Positions 15,001-24,802 of a DNA stretch of 64,000 nt are shown here, piece after piece. The notes below the pieces were generated by a model, which did not search any database, was not told the DNA's origin, and saw nothing but the letters and a program-made list of their open reading frames with translations. Within the stretch, counting starts at the first letter, position 1, and every line of letters begins with the position of its first letter. The DNA is from Euglena gracilis (lineage: Eukaryota): assembly GCA_039621445.1 (NCBI GenBank), contig CP154954.1, forward strand, positions 34,383,737-34,447,736. The letters run 5' to 3'. The translations under genes were made by a program, and so were the position numbers.

Positions 15001-16664
15001 GGGCCTTACTCCGAGTAACCGAATGGGTGTTCCAGGAGGCCTCCAAAGTCAGGGCACCCGTTGGTTTCATGATTGTCGTGGCTTAGTGGTAAGAAAAACA
15101 TGCAGCGGGAACGCTGGTTGCAAGAAATGAGCACATTTAGATGGGTGCATTCGACCATTCCGGGGGACATTTTACCAGGTCAGCCCAGGTAACCATGTAA
15201 AAATGGACCAAAATGGGCCTTACTCCGAGTAACCGAACGGGTGTTCCAGGAGGCCTCCAAAGTCAGGGGACCCGTTGGTTTCATGATTGTCGTGGCTTAA
15301 TGTTTAGAAAAAAATGCAGCGGGAACGTTGGTTGCAAGAAATGAGCACATTTAGATGGGTGCATTCGACCATTCCGGGGGACATTTGCCAGGTCAGCCCA
15401 GGTTACCATGCAAAAATGGACCAAAATGGGCCTTACTCCGAGTAACCGAATGTGTGTTCCAGGAGGCCTCCAAAGTCAGGGGACCCGTTGGTTTCATGAT
15501 TGTCGTGGTTTAATGGTAAGAAAAACATGCAGCGGGAATGTTGGTTGCAAGAAATGAGCACATTTAGATGGGTGCATTCGACCATTCCGGGGGACATTTA
15601 CCAGGTCAGCCCAGGTTACCATGTAAAAATGGACCAAATTGGGCCTTACTCCGAGTAACCGAATGGGTGTTCCAGGAGGCCTCCAAAGTCAGGGGACCCG
15701 TTGGTTTCATGATTGTTGTGGCTTAATGGTAAGAAAAACATGCAGCGGGAATGTTGGTTGCAAGAAATGAGCACATTTAGATGGGTGCATTCGACCATTT
15801 CGGGGACATTTACCAGGTCAGCCCAGGTTACCATGTAAAAATGGACCAAATTGGGCCTTACTCCGAGTAACCGAATGGGTGTTCCAGGAGGCCTCCAAAG
15901 TCAGGGGACCCGTTGGTTTCATGATTGTCGTGGTTTAATGGTAAAAAAACATGCAGCGGGAATGTTGGTTGCAAGAAATGAGCACATTTAGATGGGTGCA
16001 TTCGACCATTCCGGGGGACATTTACCAGGTCAGCCCAGGTTACCATGTAAAAATGGACCAAATTGGGCCTTACTCCGAGTAACCGAATGGGTGTTCCAGG
16101 AGGCCTCCAAAGTCAGGGGACCCGTTGGTTTCATGATTGTCGTGGTTTAATGGTAAGAAAAACATGCAGCGGGAATGTTGGTTGCAAGAAATGAGCACAT
16201 TTAGATGGGTGCATTCGACCATTCCGGGGGACATTTACCAGGTCAGCCCAGGTTACCATGTAAAAATGGACCAAATTGGGCCTTACTCCGAGTAACCGAA
16301 TGGGTGTTCCAGGAGGCCTCCAAAGTCAGGGGACCCGTTGGTTTCATGATTGTCGTGGTTTAATGGTAAGAAAAACATGCAGCGGGAATGTTGGTTGCAA
16401 GAAATGAGCACATTTAGATGGGTGCATTCGACCATTTCGGGTTGACGTTTACCAGGTCAGCCCAGGTTACCGTGTAAAAATGGACCAAGCTGGGCCTTAC
16501 TCCGAGTAACCGAATGGGTGTTCCAGGAGGCCTCCAAAGTCAGGGCACCCGTTGGTTTCATGATTGTCGTGGTTAATTGTTAAGAAAAACATGCAGCGGA
16601 AATGTTGGTTTCAAGAAATGAGCACATTTAGATGGGTGTATTCGACCATTTCGGGGGACATTTA
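1..16664. repeat. 213-bp tandem satellite array (~78 copies, runs off the left edge)
   Basis: Unit CCTTACTCCGAGTAACCGAATGGGTGTTCCAGGAGGCCTCCAAAG...GGTTACCATGTAAAAATGGACCAAATTGGG recurs every 212-213 bp (TACTCCGAG at 15859, 16071, 16284). It ends mid-unit at GGGGGACATTTA (16664). Confidence 0.99.
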
Positions 16665-16665
16665 G

Positions 16666-17061
16666 TGTACGTCCTACCTTATCGCTTTCGCCCTTTGGTG
16701 CGCAGAAAAAGATATAAGTAGGAGCAACAGGAAAAATATAAAATAAATATAAAAGTTGTATTGCCCTTTTCCCCAATTAAGAGGCAGAGCACAAGACACT
16801 GTTGGAAGCCCTATGGGCTACGACAAAAGAAGCCAAGTATCTGGCAGTCCTTTCAGGACTTGTATGATCAAATCAAAACTTGAAGATTGAAAGAAGAAAA
16901 GAATACCACCTGCAGAGAGGAGGTCACGTGATCACACGTGATCGTGATCACGATTATCCCTAGGCTCTGCCACAATCCTAATTCTGAGACTATGCTCAGC
17001 AATCAGATTGTGGATGAGCCGTTCTATGGCGAACCACAGAACTGGGATCGTGCCTGGTACA
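16666..17061 (-). mobile_element. putative 3' LTR (396 bp)
   Basis: Bounded by inverted TGTAC (16666) ... GTACA (17061). It abuts the satellite on one side and a purine tract on the other. No second LTR is present to confirm it. Confidence 0.75.
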
Positions 17062-17073
17062 CATCCCCCTCCC
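17062..17073 (-). other. polypurine tract (PPT)
   Basis: Minus strand reads GGGAGGGGGATG immediately before the TGTACC LTR start. Confidence 0.7.
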
Positions 17074-17906
17074 AGGGCTATAGCCCGATTTCCCTCATGG
17101 ACCAGGCTATCCCAGGCCCATGGGGGTTCGGACATAGTCCTGAAGGATATGTTCCAGCACATTGCTGCCGACCTCCTATCTGCCAAATGGCAAAAGGAAA
17201 AAGGGAAGGAAAGTGCAAAAGCACGCAAAAACGCGCAAAAGTGGTTAACCGCTTATGCGGTGCCTACTTGTTGCGGCAAAGGGGTAGAAGCGGAAGAGCC
17301 CATTGGGAAATGGGGCTGGAAGGTTTCCTTTCCAGAAAGTCCCATCCACCCAGTTTGGGGTGTGTCTATGACACGCGGGGAGGTCTGATTCCATAATCGG
17401 AAAAGATTGAAGGGTAGGGTGTGGAAGGAGGGGGCACCTGGCCAGTCATATCTGACCAGGGAGAAAACCTATTTACAAAACCAACTGCCGGCGACAGCGA
17501 GATTTTGCCCCGGGGGGTAAAGGAGAGAGGAGTGGGGGGCTGGTCAAAAGACCTTAGCAGAAGTTTTGCTGTCTGGCAGTCTTACGTGGCCTTATAGCCG
17601 AAAAGTAACAAGTTGGGGGCTATTATTACGGTGTGCGCGCTGTACGCTGTGTGTCTTCTTACTGGCGGCATATACCGCTAGGAGAAGGCTTCACAGCGCT
17701 GCTCGGACACGGTGTTGTCGATGGGGTATCCCCAGAGACATATACCTCGATAGACGGGCAGTAGCCCAAAAGAGAGGGGGTAATATGTAAAGTAAAAATT
17801 CATATTGGCAGATGTGCCTGGGATAGATACCGAATTCAGGGCCTATAGGCCTGATGGAAAGGTCAGAACAGGGTCCATGGACCTGTGGCCTGTAAGCCTG
17901 GGGTAT

Positions 17907-20900
17907 CTATGGCACAGATGGCCATTTCCTGGGAGTCGGTGGTCTGATCTCCCGAACGTAATCTCCTTCAGGAGATTCCACTATCTCCAGTATCGGAGGT
18001 TCGAAATTTACAAGTTGCCTTTCAGGCTCATCGACATCAAAATCGGGATATTCCCATTTTTGTGTATACCCGTCGGGTAATCGTATTCCAAGCCTGTTGG
18101 CTTCGCGATGCAGAAAATTCTGGAGGTTATCCCAGAAGAAAAGTGGCAACATTGCCGGCCAGATCCAAAAGTTTAGGCGGGGGTGGTTGCATTGAACCTG
18201 TGGGGGTATCCCCGGATAAACGGCAGGATCTGCCTTGGTGTGCCAACCTGCGACTCGCGCTCGGATGGTGAATGGCCTTAAAACTTCTCTTACCCAATCG
18301 GTAAATTCCATTTTATAGGCCTTAGGGGGGTATTCGGGCAACAAAAAGGTAAAACTTGGTCGGTTTGGCAGGCTTTGTGCCGTAAAAAGTGGGTATATCA
18401 CCCTGTCCCAATCGGAGTCTTGAAAAATGTATGGCACTTTGGCCTTGCCTGCTGACTCGACTGCGAGTCGGACAGCTGCGCTGTCAAGATGAAAATCTTT
18501 GGCGATTCCGCCTGTGCGGTAGCTGTGTACAGCTTTAAACTTCTTGAACTGGTAGAAGTTGATTTGGGACTTATAGTCCTGCTTGAATTTGACCAGATGG
18601 TCTTCATTTTCTGGTATGACTCTAGTCATACCGCCAGTGGCAGGTAGCCAAAAATCTGCCTGTAGGCAGTTGATGCAACGGACAGGTATGTCCTTGTCAT
18701 AATCGTTTTCCGTCCAACGGAAATTGTCCATATTGGACCATGTCAGTAGGCAATCGCCACAAACCAGTGCTGCGCAATTGCGCACATATGCATCATGGTG
18801 GAAGCTTATGCTATCCGGGTTGCGTGTGCAAATATGCACTGCAGGCATGTCGTTTCGTAGCCTATGGCATGCTGTACATAACCACAATAGTGGATCATTG
18901 TCCTGGAAATCCAGTACGAAATTTCCTCCAAAGTATTGGGCTAATACCCTTGGAGATTTCGCATTCCAAAAACGCCAAGTGTGGCTGGTCGTGAAAATAC
19001 CGGGTTGATCCCGGTGGAACAAGGGCTTGATCCACTTGTTCAGCCAGGGGTCACTGCTGTTGCGGATCATATTGATCCTAGCCTGGCGAGTGTTGAGGGG
19101 GTCTACTCTGGACAATACGTCCTCAGTCCAAAATGGCTCATCGGCCTCGTGAGGGACATTTGACCGAATCGGTCTGATTGTGGGTTTGCGCTTAGCGCCT
19201 TCAGAGGTTGCAGCCACATAGCTGGCCATGGGTATCGTAGGCCTATGGCCTGTGCCAGAGCCATCTCCACCAGACGGTGGTGGCTCATCATCCCGCCGCT
19301 GTTCAGCGGGCTTGCAGCCTTCAGTTGAAGGTTTAGCCTTGGGCTTTATATGCCTGCCATATCGGCGTTCTTCCCGAGGGTCTGCCGGAGGCAGTGGTCT
19401 CTCCGCCGTTGGCGGTTTCGGGGCTGCAGGTTTGGCAGGAGATGCCGATGCTGCCGGTTTGGCAGGCGGTGGTTGCATTTCCGCCGTTGGCGGTGTTGGT
19501 GCAGCTGGTTTAGCTGCTGGGACATCTAACTCCATTGGAGTTGTAGCCGTAGGCTGTACGGCTGTTGAGCTGCTATCTGCCGTAGTAACCCTTTGGGTTT
19601 CGGGAGGGGATGTGGCTGGTGAGCCTCGAGGGGTCAGTACTGCTGAAACTGCGGACATCGCCGCGGTCAGACCCTGTAACACACCACCTAAAACACCTGT
19701 AGGTATTGTTGGTGATGCGACAGGTTCTGTCAGGGTTGGTGCCGTTGGCACTGCGGGTAAGGAGAGGGGTGGTACGGGAGGTACCGGTGGCCGTTCGGCC
19801 TCGGATGTAGGAGATTCCGTCTCTGAGCTGACATCTCCTTCAGGCGGAAGGGGTGTCCTGGAGCCCTTTGGGACTAATGGAAGGGCTGATGGCTGAGGTT
19901 CCTCAGCACATATGTCTTCCAGGCCTTCCATGCGGTCTTCACCGCCCTCACCATCACTCTCCTCACTGTCCTCCACCTTTTCTGGTGAAGCGGCAGGGGC
20001 TGCTGGCTGTTCCGCTATAGCGGTGGGCACAGTTGTTGGTTGCGCAATCGCGCTGGTGGGGGGTGCCGCAGTAGCGGGCTGGGGTGAAGAGGTAGCGACA
20101 GAAGATTGACTCTCCTGAAATCCCATAGGGATAAATGGTTCCGCAGTAGCCGATAGGCTGGAACCTAGGTAACGCCGACCGCGCCCAAAGACGGGTGGGG
20201 GTGTCTCACCAGGAATACCCTGGGGAACAGGCGTTGCCGGTTGCGGCTGCGTTGTGGGTACTAATGCCGGTTGCGGCTGTGTTGAAGGTTCCGATGGCGG
20301 AACTTCCGAAGCCGGTTGCGGCTTTGGGACAGGTGCCTGTGGCACCTGTCTTTTCCGTAATCGGAAAAGATCCCATGGTTTCCTTTCGTCTTCAACCATT
20401 CTGTGGTTGAAGCGCAGGAGGGGTAGGGCCATGCCCAGCTCGTTCCGTCTGCCGCCTTGGAAAAACGGCTGGAACAGCGCTCTATCGAGCGTATCGCCGA
20501 ATCGGCGTTTGACATAATCGTCTATGCTTTACTTCTCGAACAGGGGCCTGATGGGGACATAGTCCGGAGGAATTTCCCTGTCGGGATTGAGATAATAATA
20601 TATCTCCATAATCTGGCAGGTCCAAGCCCTGAACCAGAATTGCTGCAAATACAGCAGGAGTTGACGGTGGTTGTGTCGCCCATTCGAGCTTTGGTGAACA
20701 TCCTTTGGATTTCTGCAAAGGTGCAGGAGCATGATGCGCTTTGGCGCTGTCTGCGGGATATTGGCCTGTTGGCCTTCCTCGTCCTGGCCTTCGGCCTGTG
20801 GTTGAGTACTGCGTACTCCGAATCCCCAGAAGTCCACTGCAAACTTTTCGTGACAGTGGGTGCATCTGACGATATACGTCTGGGGGAAGCGGAGGTCAAT

Positions 20901-23712
20901 ATCGACCACTTCAAAATGATAGGCATATTGCCAGTGGTAGAAGACTTGCAGATTGCTGCAGAACATGTTCTCTGCCAATTTGGCAATATTGTCAGGCAGT
21001 GGGTAGATTTCCCACTCCAGGCCTTTTGGGCCTACACTGCGAATGCAGTCGAATAACTGCCGTAGCAAATCTTTACCTGTATTGTATCGGTCTTCCCGAC
21101 CGCAATCCAGATAAGGATATCCACAGGAGTTCAGGAATCTGCCGAAATTTTGGGTGGGGTATCCCGCCCAGAACCAAACGTGCCAGAATCCCGGCAGACC
21201 GTCCAGTATCGGACCGAGAATTACGTTGCCCTCATAGGCATACAGGGTTCCATCGTGGTGGAACTCACGATTACGCTCCAAATAGAGCTGTCTGGTCACA
21301 GTGACGACGAGTTATGCAACCAGCATTGGAAGAGAAAGTTCGTTTTGAAACTTTCTCATGGCCTCGAATGCGAGTGCATGAATCTCTTTGATGTGCTCGA
21401 ATAGAGCTTCCATGTCGTCCTCATAGACGTTCCGGTATTGGCCTTTCTGGCCTTTGCCTTGGCCTTTTTGGCCTGCTGTCGGTGCTCGTTTGGGAGCACT
21501 TTTGGCTTTACCCTTGCCCGATCGGGCTTCGCTTCGGGCAATCTCTTCTCTAGCTTGTTTCCAAGCATGAGGATTGAGATGGGCTGCAAAACGAGGGCCT
21601 ATAAAGGCAGGATTTATATCGCTTGTTGTTCCAAGCAATTCCTGCGGGGCATAAGCCATTTTGGCTGCTGGGTAGGCTGCAGGTTGATCCTGCATATCCG
21701 CCAAAAATGGTGGATTATTGATAGGGAGGGGTTCGCCTCTAGGCGGATCAATGTAAGTGGGGTGGCGTGTACGTTCACGCGTGTCATCCAGTATTTTCTG
21801 GACGCGTGCACGCTCAGCAGCTTCGTGCTCGATTTCTGCCCTATGGGCTCTCTGGGCCAGTTCAGCCTGTTCGAGCTGCTGCTGTGTGGGTTCAGGAACA
21901 GGCAGTACCTCGGTGGTGGCCTGTTGGCCTGGAGGTACCGGTGTTTCCTGGGATGCCGGCGCCATTGGCGCTGCTACTGGCAACAGCGCCGTTGGCGCTG
22001 CTGGAGCTGCCGGCGCTGCTGCTTTTGCTGGCACCGGCCGGGGGTTTTGCGCCATTGGCGCTGGCTTAGCCGGCGCGGCATAAGGTACGGGCACGGGAGG
22101 GGGTGCGGCCTGTTGGCCACCCGGCGCCCGTCGTTGCTGTGCTGGGGTAGCCTGTCTGGCTGGGGCTGGGGCAGGGGCCGGAGGTTTCGGTCTCCCCATT
22201 GGGGATGAAGATTCTGGCCTGCCCCGTTTACTACCTAGGTCTGCTGGCCTGTACGGCTGTGACGCATATCTGCGTTCTGCAGACCGTGGGCCCTGAAGTT
22301 GCTCTAGGGACTGGTAGTACTGGATGGCCTGCTGAGGTGATGTGAAGCGAGGTGCTGGGAGAGGTTCAGGTGCCGTTGGCACATCCTCTTCCACGGCCAT
22401 TCGGCCTTCTGCCTCGGCTTGCTCCACATCCTCAGCCCAGGATCCAGGTTCCTGACCCACCGACATATCCCGTTGTACGGGTAACTGACTTCCAGCTTCC
22501 AGATGGGCTGGATAAGGAAATGGTGGTTGTGCTGTTGACGGTTGCGTCATTGGCTCTGCCGCATATTGCGTTGGTGGTTCCCGATATTCGGGTGGTGGTG
22601 GTCTCGGCATACGAGTTGGGGACTGTGCATCGCGAAAAATTCGTGATGGCTGCACCGTTGGTGCTGGGATGTCTCCCATCTCGCTTTCCTCCACTGGGGG
22701 GCTATGCTCCCGCATGTATTCGGTGAATGCACCTGCATGATGGCGTATCCGCGGGATAGGCGGTACTGGAATACCCAGTGTACGCATGCTGACCTCAGGG
22801 GGATATTCCCCGGGCATGAAGTACACTTTTCCTGTCATCAAAGTCTGGCACATGCGCACCATTGTGCAATGGGCCTATTGGCCAGGCCCAGAATTTGACG
22901 ACAGTGGGTATCCCACAGCACCTGTAGAGATGGGTCTACTCTCTCTAGGTTGCTGGCCCGCAAGGCCGTTCGCAGAGTCTTCTCTGCGAGATTCACCAAT
23001 TCTGCGGTGAAGGCGGGGTATGGCACCGTTGGTGCTGCCTGTGGCGTCTCATGTGCCACAGGGATCGCGTAAGCGGATATACTACTGCTGCTAGCTGCGG
23101 TTTGGGCAGCGGGTTCCCGGACGGGATAAGCGCAGGTTGGGGCATCGCCTGTACGGCGTGTACTTGATGCGGGGTACCCTGTATGGGTTGAGATTTGGGT
23201 TGGGATTGGGGTTGCTGAGATGTAACACACTGTGGGGTATACAGGATGGGAGGTGAGTGGCCAGGCATGGCGTAATGCGCCTGCTCCATTGGAGGTGCCT
23301 GTCCCTGCCTCGCATACTGTTGTTGTTCCATTGGAACTTGGTGTACCTGCTGGGGTTGTGACTGTTCCATTGGAACTTGATATGCCTGTTGAGGCTGTGC
23401 CCCATATGCAGCTCCCATTGGCACAGAAGCCGCATAAACGACAGGTGGCGGTTGCGCCTGAGATAGGGGCGGCATTTGTGCCTGAGAGGGGGGCGGCATT
23501 TGTGCCTGAGAGGGATATGGCATTTGTGCCTGAACCTTTTGAGGGGGGGCTGGCATTTGTGCCTGAGCCGCATAAGCGACTGGAAAGGGTTGATATACTG
23601 CATATGCGGGCGCCCCTTGCGCTGGGGGTGCTGCCGCATTGGCGTGTTGGGGGTAGGGAGGGATGGCATACTGTATAGGGGGCGGACCGGGTCCGCGCCC
23701 TGGATCTTGCAT
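17907..23712 (-). pseudogene. giant extra ORF of the retrotransposon (~1,935 aa when reassembled): Pro/Gln/Ala-rich regions plus Cys/His-rich domains, function unknown
   Basis: The 279, 298, 516, 256 and 841 aa track ORFs join. Two 1-bp shifts (~23074, ~22863) link the first three. The 516, 256 and 841 aa ORFs share a frame and are separated only by single TAA codons (21312-21314, 20529-20531). 5806 nt + 2 = 1936 codons. Confidence 0.7.
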
Positions 23713-23751
23713 CGGTCCGGGGACCAAAAAGCAAAAAGTAGCTTTGATGAG

Positions 23752-23812
23752 CTGTAGAAAAAGAAGAGAGATGAATTGGGTTTGGGAGAAAAACACAGAG
23801 AGGGGAGGAAAA
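23752..23812 (-). promoter_or_regulatory. polypyrimidine tract and CAG splice acceptor upstream of the extra ORF
   Basis: Minus strand TTTTCCTCCCCTCTCTGTGTTTTTCTCCC...CTCTCTTCTTTTTCTACAG|CTC. The AG is at 23753-23752, 39 nt before the ATG at 23712. Confidence 0.65.
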
Positions 23813-23828
23813 GGCCTATAGGCCGATT

Positions 23829-24800
23829 TCAAAAATTATTCACAGAAATGTCTATATTATTTCTTTTATTCCGCAGCTTCCAGTCCTGTTGGACATAACC
23901 AATAAAACTGGAGGCTGGCTCCCAGGTGTCCTCCTCTGGCCCATAGCCTTTCCACCTGACCTTCCAGTAGTGGACTCCTCGATCAATTTTGTGATCGAGA
24001 ATTTTGTCCACCACAAAATCATCCGTTTCGGGTAACTTGGAACGGGGCTTGAAATAAAGGCACGGTAGTGCTTTGCCATTAGGCGGGGAAAGATATGGCT
24101 TGAAATCATCCATGTGAACATCCTCGATCCCGTTGGGCAGTGCCACCCTATAGCGGCCACTGTTACCAACGCGTTCGAGTATTTCACAGGGTCCGAGCCA
24201 GAGGGGGTCAAGCTTGGAAGCTTGCATACGGATTCGGCTATTCCGAACCCATACGCGATCACCAGCACTATAGCCAGGTGATTTGAATTCTTGTAAAAAT
24301 TTATTTCTCTTTTGAGAATGGATATCTGTAATGCGTTTCTGAACAGTAGTTCTGAGAGACTCTACCTCAGAGAACCATGTCTCACAGGTTACGCTACTTC
24401 GAGCTGGTCTCTCTGATGGTATATCACCAATTGCTGGGGGTTCTCGCCCAAAAACAATTTTGTATGGGGAGTGGGGTAAAACTAAACCCGGTAGGGTGTT
24501 TATATAAAAGAGGGACCATGGCAAAACCTGGACCCAGGCCTGGCGCGAATCAGCCAGTGAAAGACGGAGCATATTTACAACAGCTTTCACTGCTGCCTCG
24601 GCGCGGCCATTGCCCTTCGGGCGATATATAATGGAAAAATGCTGTTCGATTCCCAGTAAACCACATAGGGTTGTGAAGAATCGAGAGGAGATCAAATGAT
24701 CTTGATCACTGACAATCTCATTCGGTAAGCCCATTAGGCATATGCACTTCTCCATAAATATCTGCGCTAAAATTTGGCGGTCAACCCTGCCTTTGGGCAT
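23829..24800 (-). CDS. retrotransposon integrase core (partial), GPY/F-like region and C-terminal chromodomain; N-terminus lost
   Basis: [11 protein letters not shown]...[10 protein letters not shown] with exactly 35 residues between D and [25 protein letters not shown]...[17 protein letters not shown]. No stops over 323 aa. Confidence 0.96.
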   Translation of the reverse strand: MPKGRVDRQILAQIFMEKCICLMGLPNEIVSDQDHLISSRFFTTLCGLLGIEQHFSIIYRPKGNGRAEAAVKAVVNMLRLSLADSRQAWVQVLPWSLFYINTLPGLVLPHSPYKIVFGREPPAIGDIPSERPARSSVTCETWFSEVESLRTTVQKRITDIHSQKRNKFLQEFKSPGYSAGDRVWVRNSRIRMQASKLDPLWLGPCEILERVGNSGRYRVALPNGIEDVHMDDFKPYLSPPNGKALPCLYFKPRSKLPETDDFVVDKILDHKIDRGVHYWKVRWKGYGPEEDTWEPASSFIGYVQQDWKLRNKRNNIDISVNNF

Positions 24801-24802
24801 GG

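Larger units (their letters stand above)
16666..24802 (-). mobile_element. 5'-truncated Ty3/gypsy LTR retrotransposon with chromodomain integrase and a large extra 3' ORF
   Basis: Minus-strand order is integrase-chromodomain, long extra ORF, PPT, TG...CA LTR. gag, protease, RT, RNase H and the 5' LTR are absent; the 79-bp satellite sits in their place. Confidence 0.9.

Noticed and set aside
1-16664. Tandem tRNA, 5S, SL-RNA or small protein genes
   Set aside because: Only a weak TTCGA B-box-like word. I recognised no cloverleaf, 5S or spliced-leader sequence, and ORFs break at variable positions. An Infernal/Rfam scan would settle it.
17768-17780. Plus-strand purine tract as the PPT
   Set aside because: Wrong strand relative to the integrase; the tract at 17062-17073 abuts a TG...CA inverted repeat and fits better.
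20529-21314. Genome-wide stop-codon reassignment (TAA read as Gln/Glu)
   Set aside because: CAA, CAG, GAA and GAG are used abundantly, and there are only two internal TAA in ~1,900 codons, with none in the integrase or MFS exons.
19228-22208. Plus-strand ORFs of 222, 199 and 256 aa
   Set aside because: Antisense shadows of the minus-strand extra ORF.
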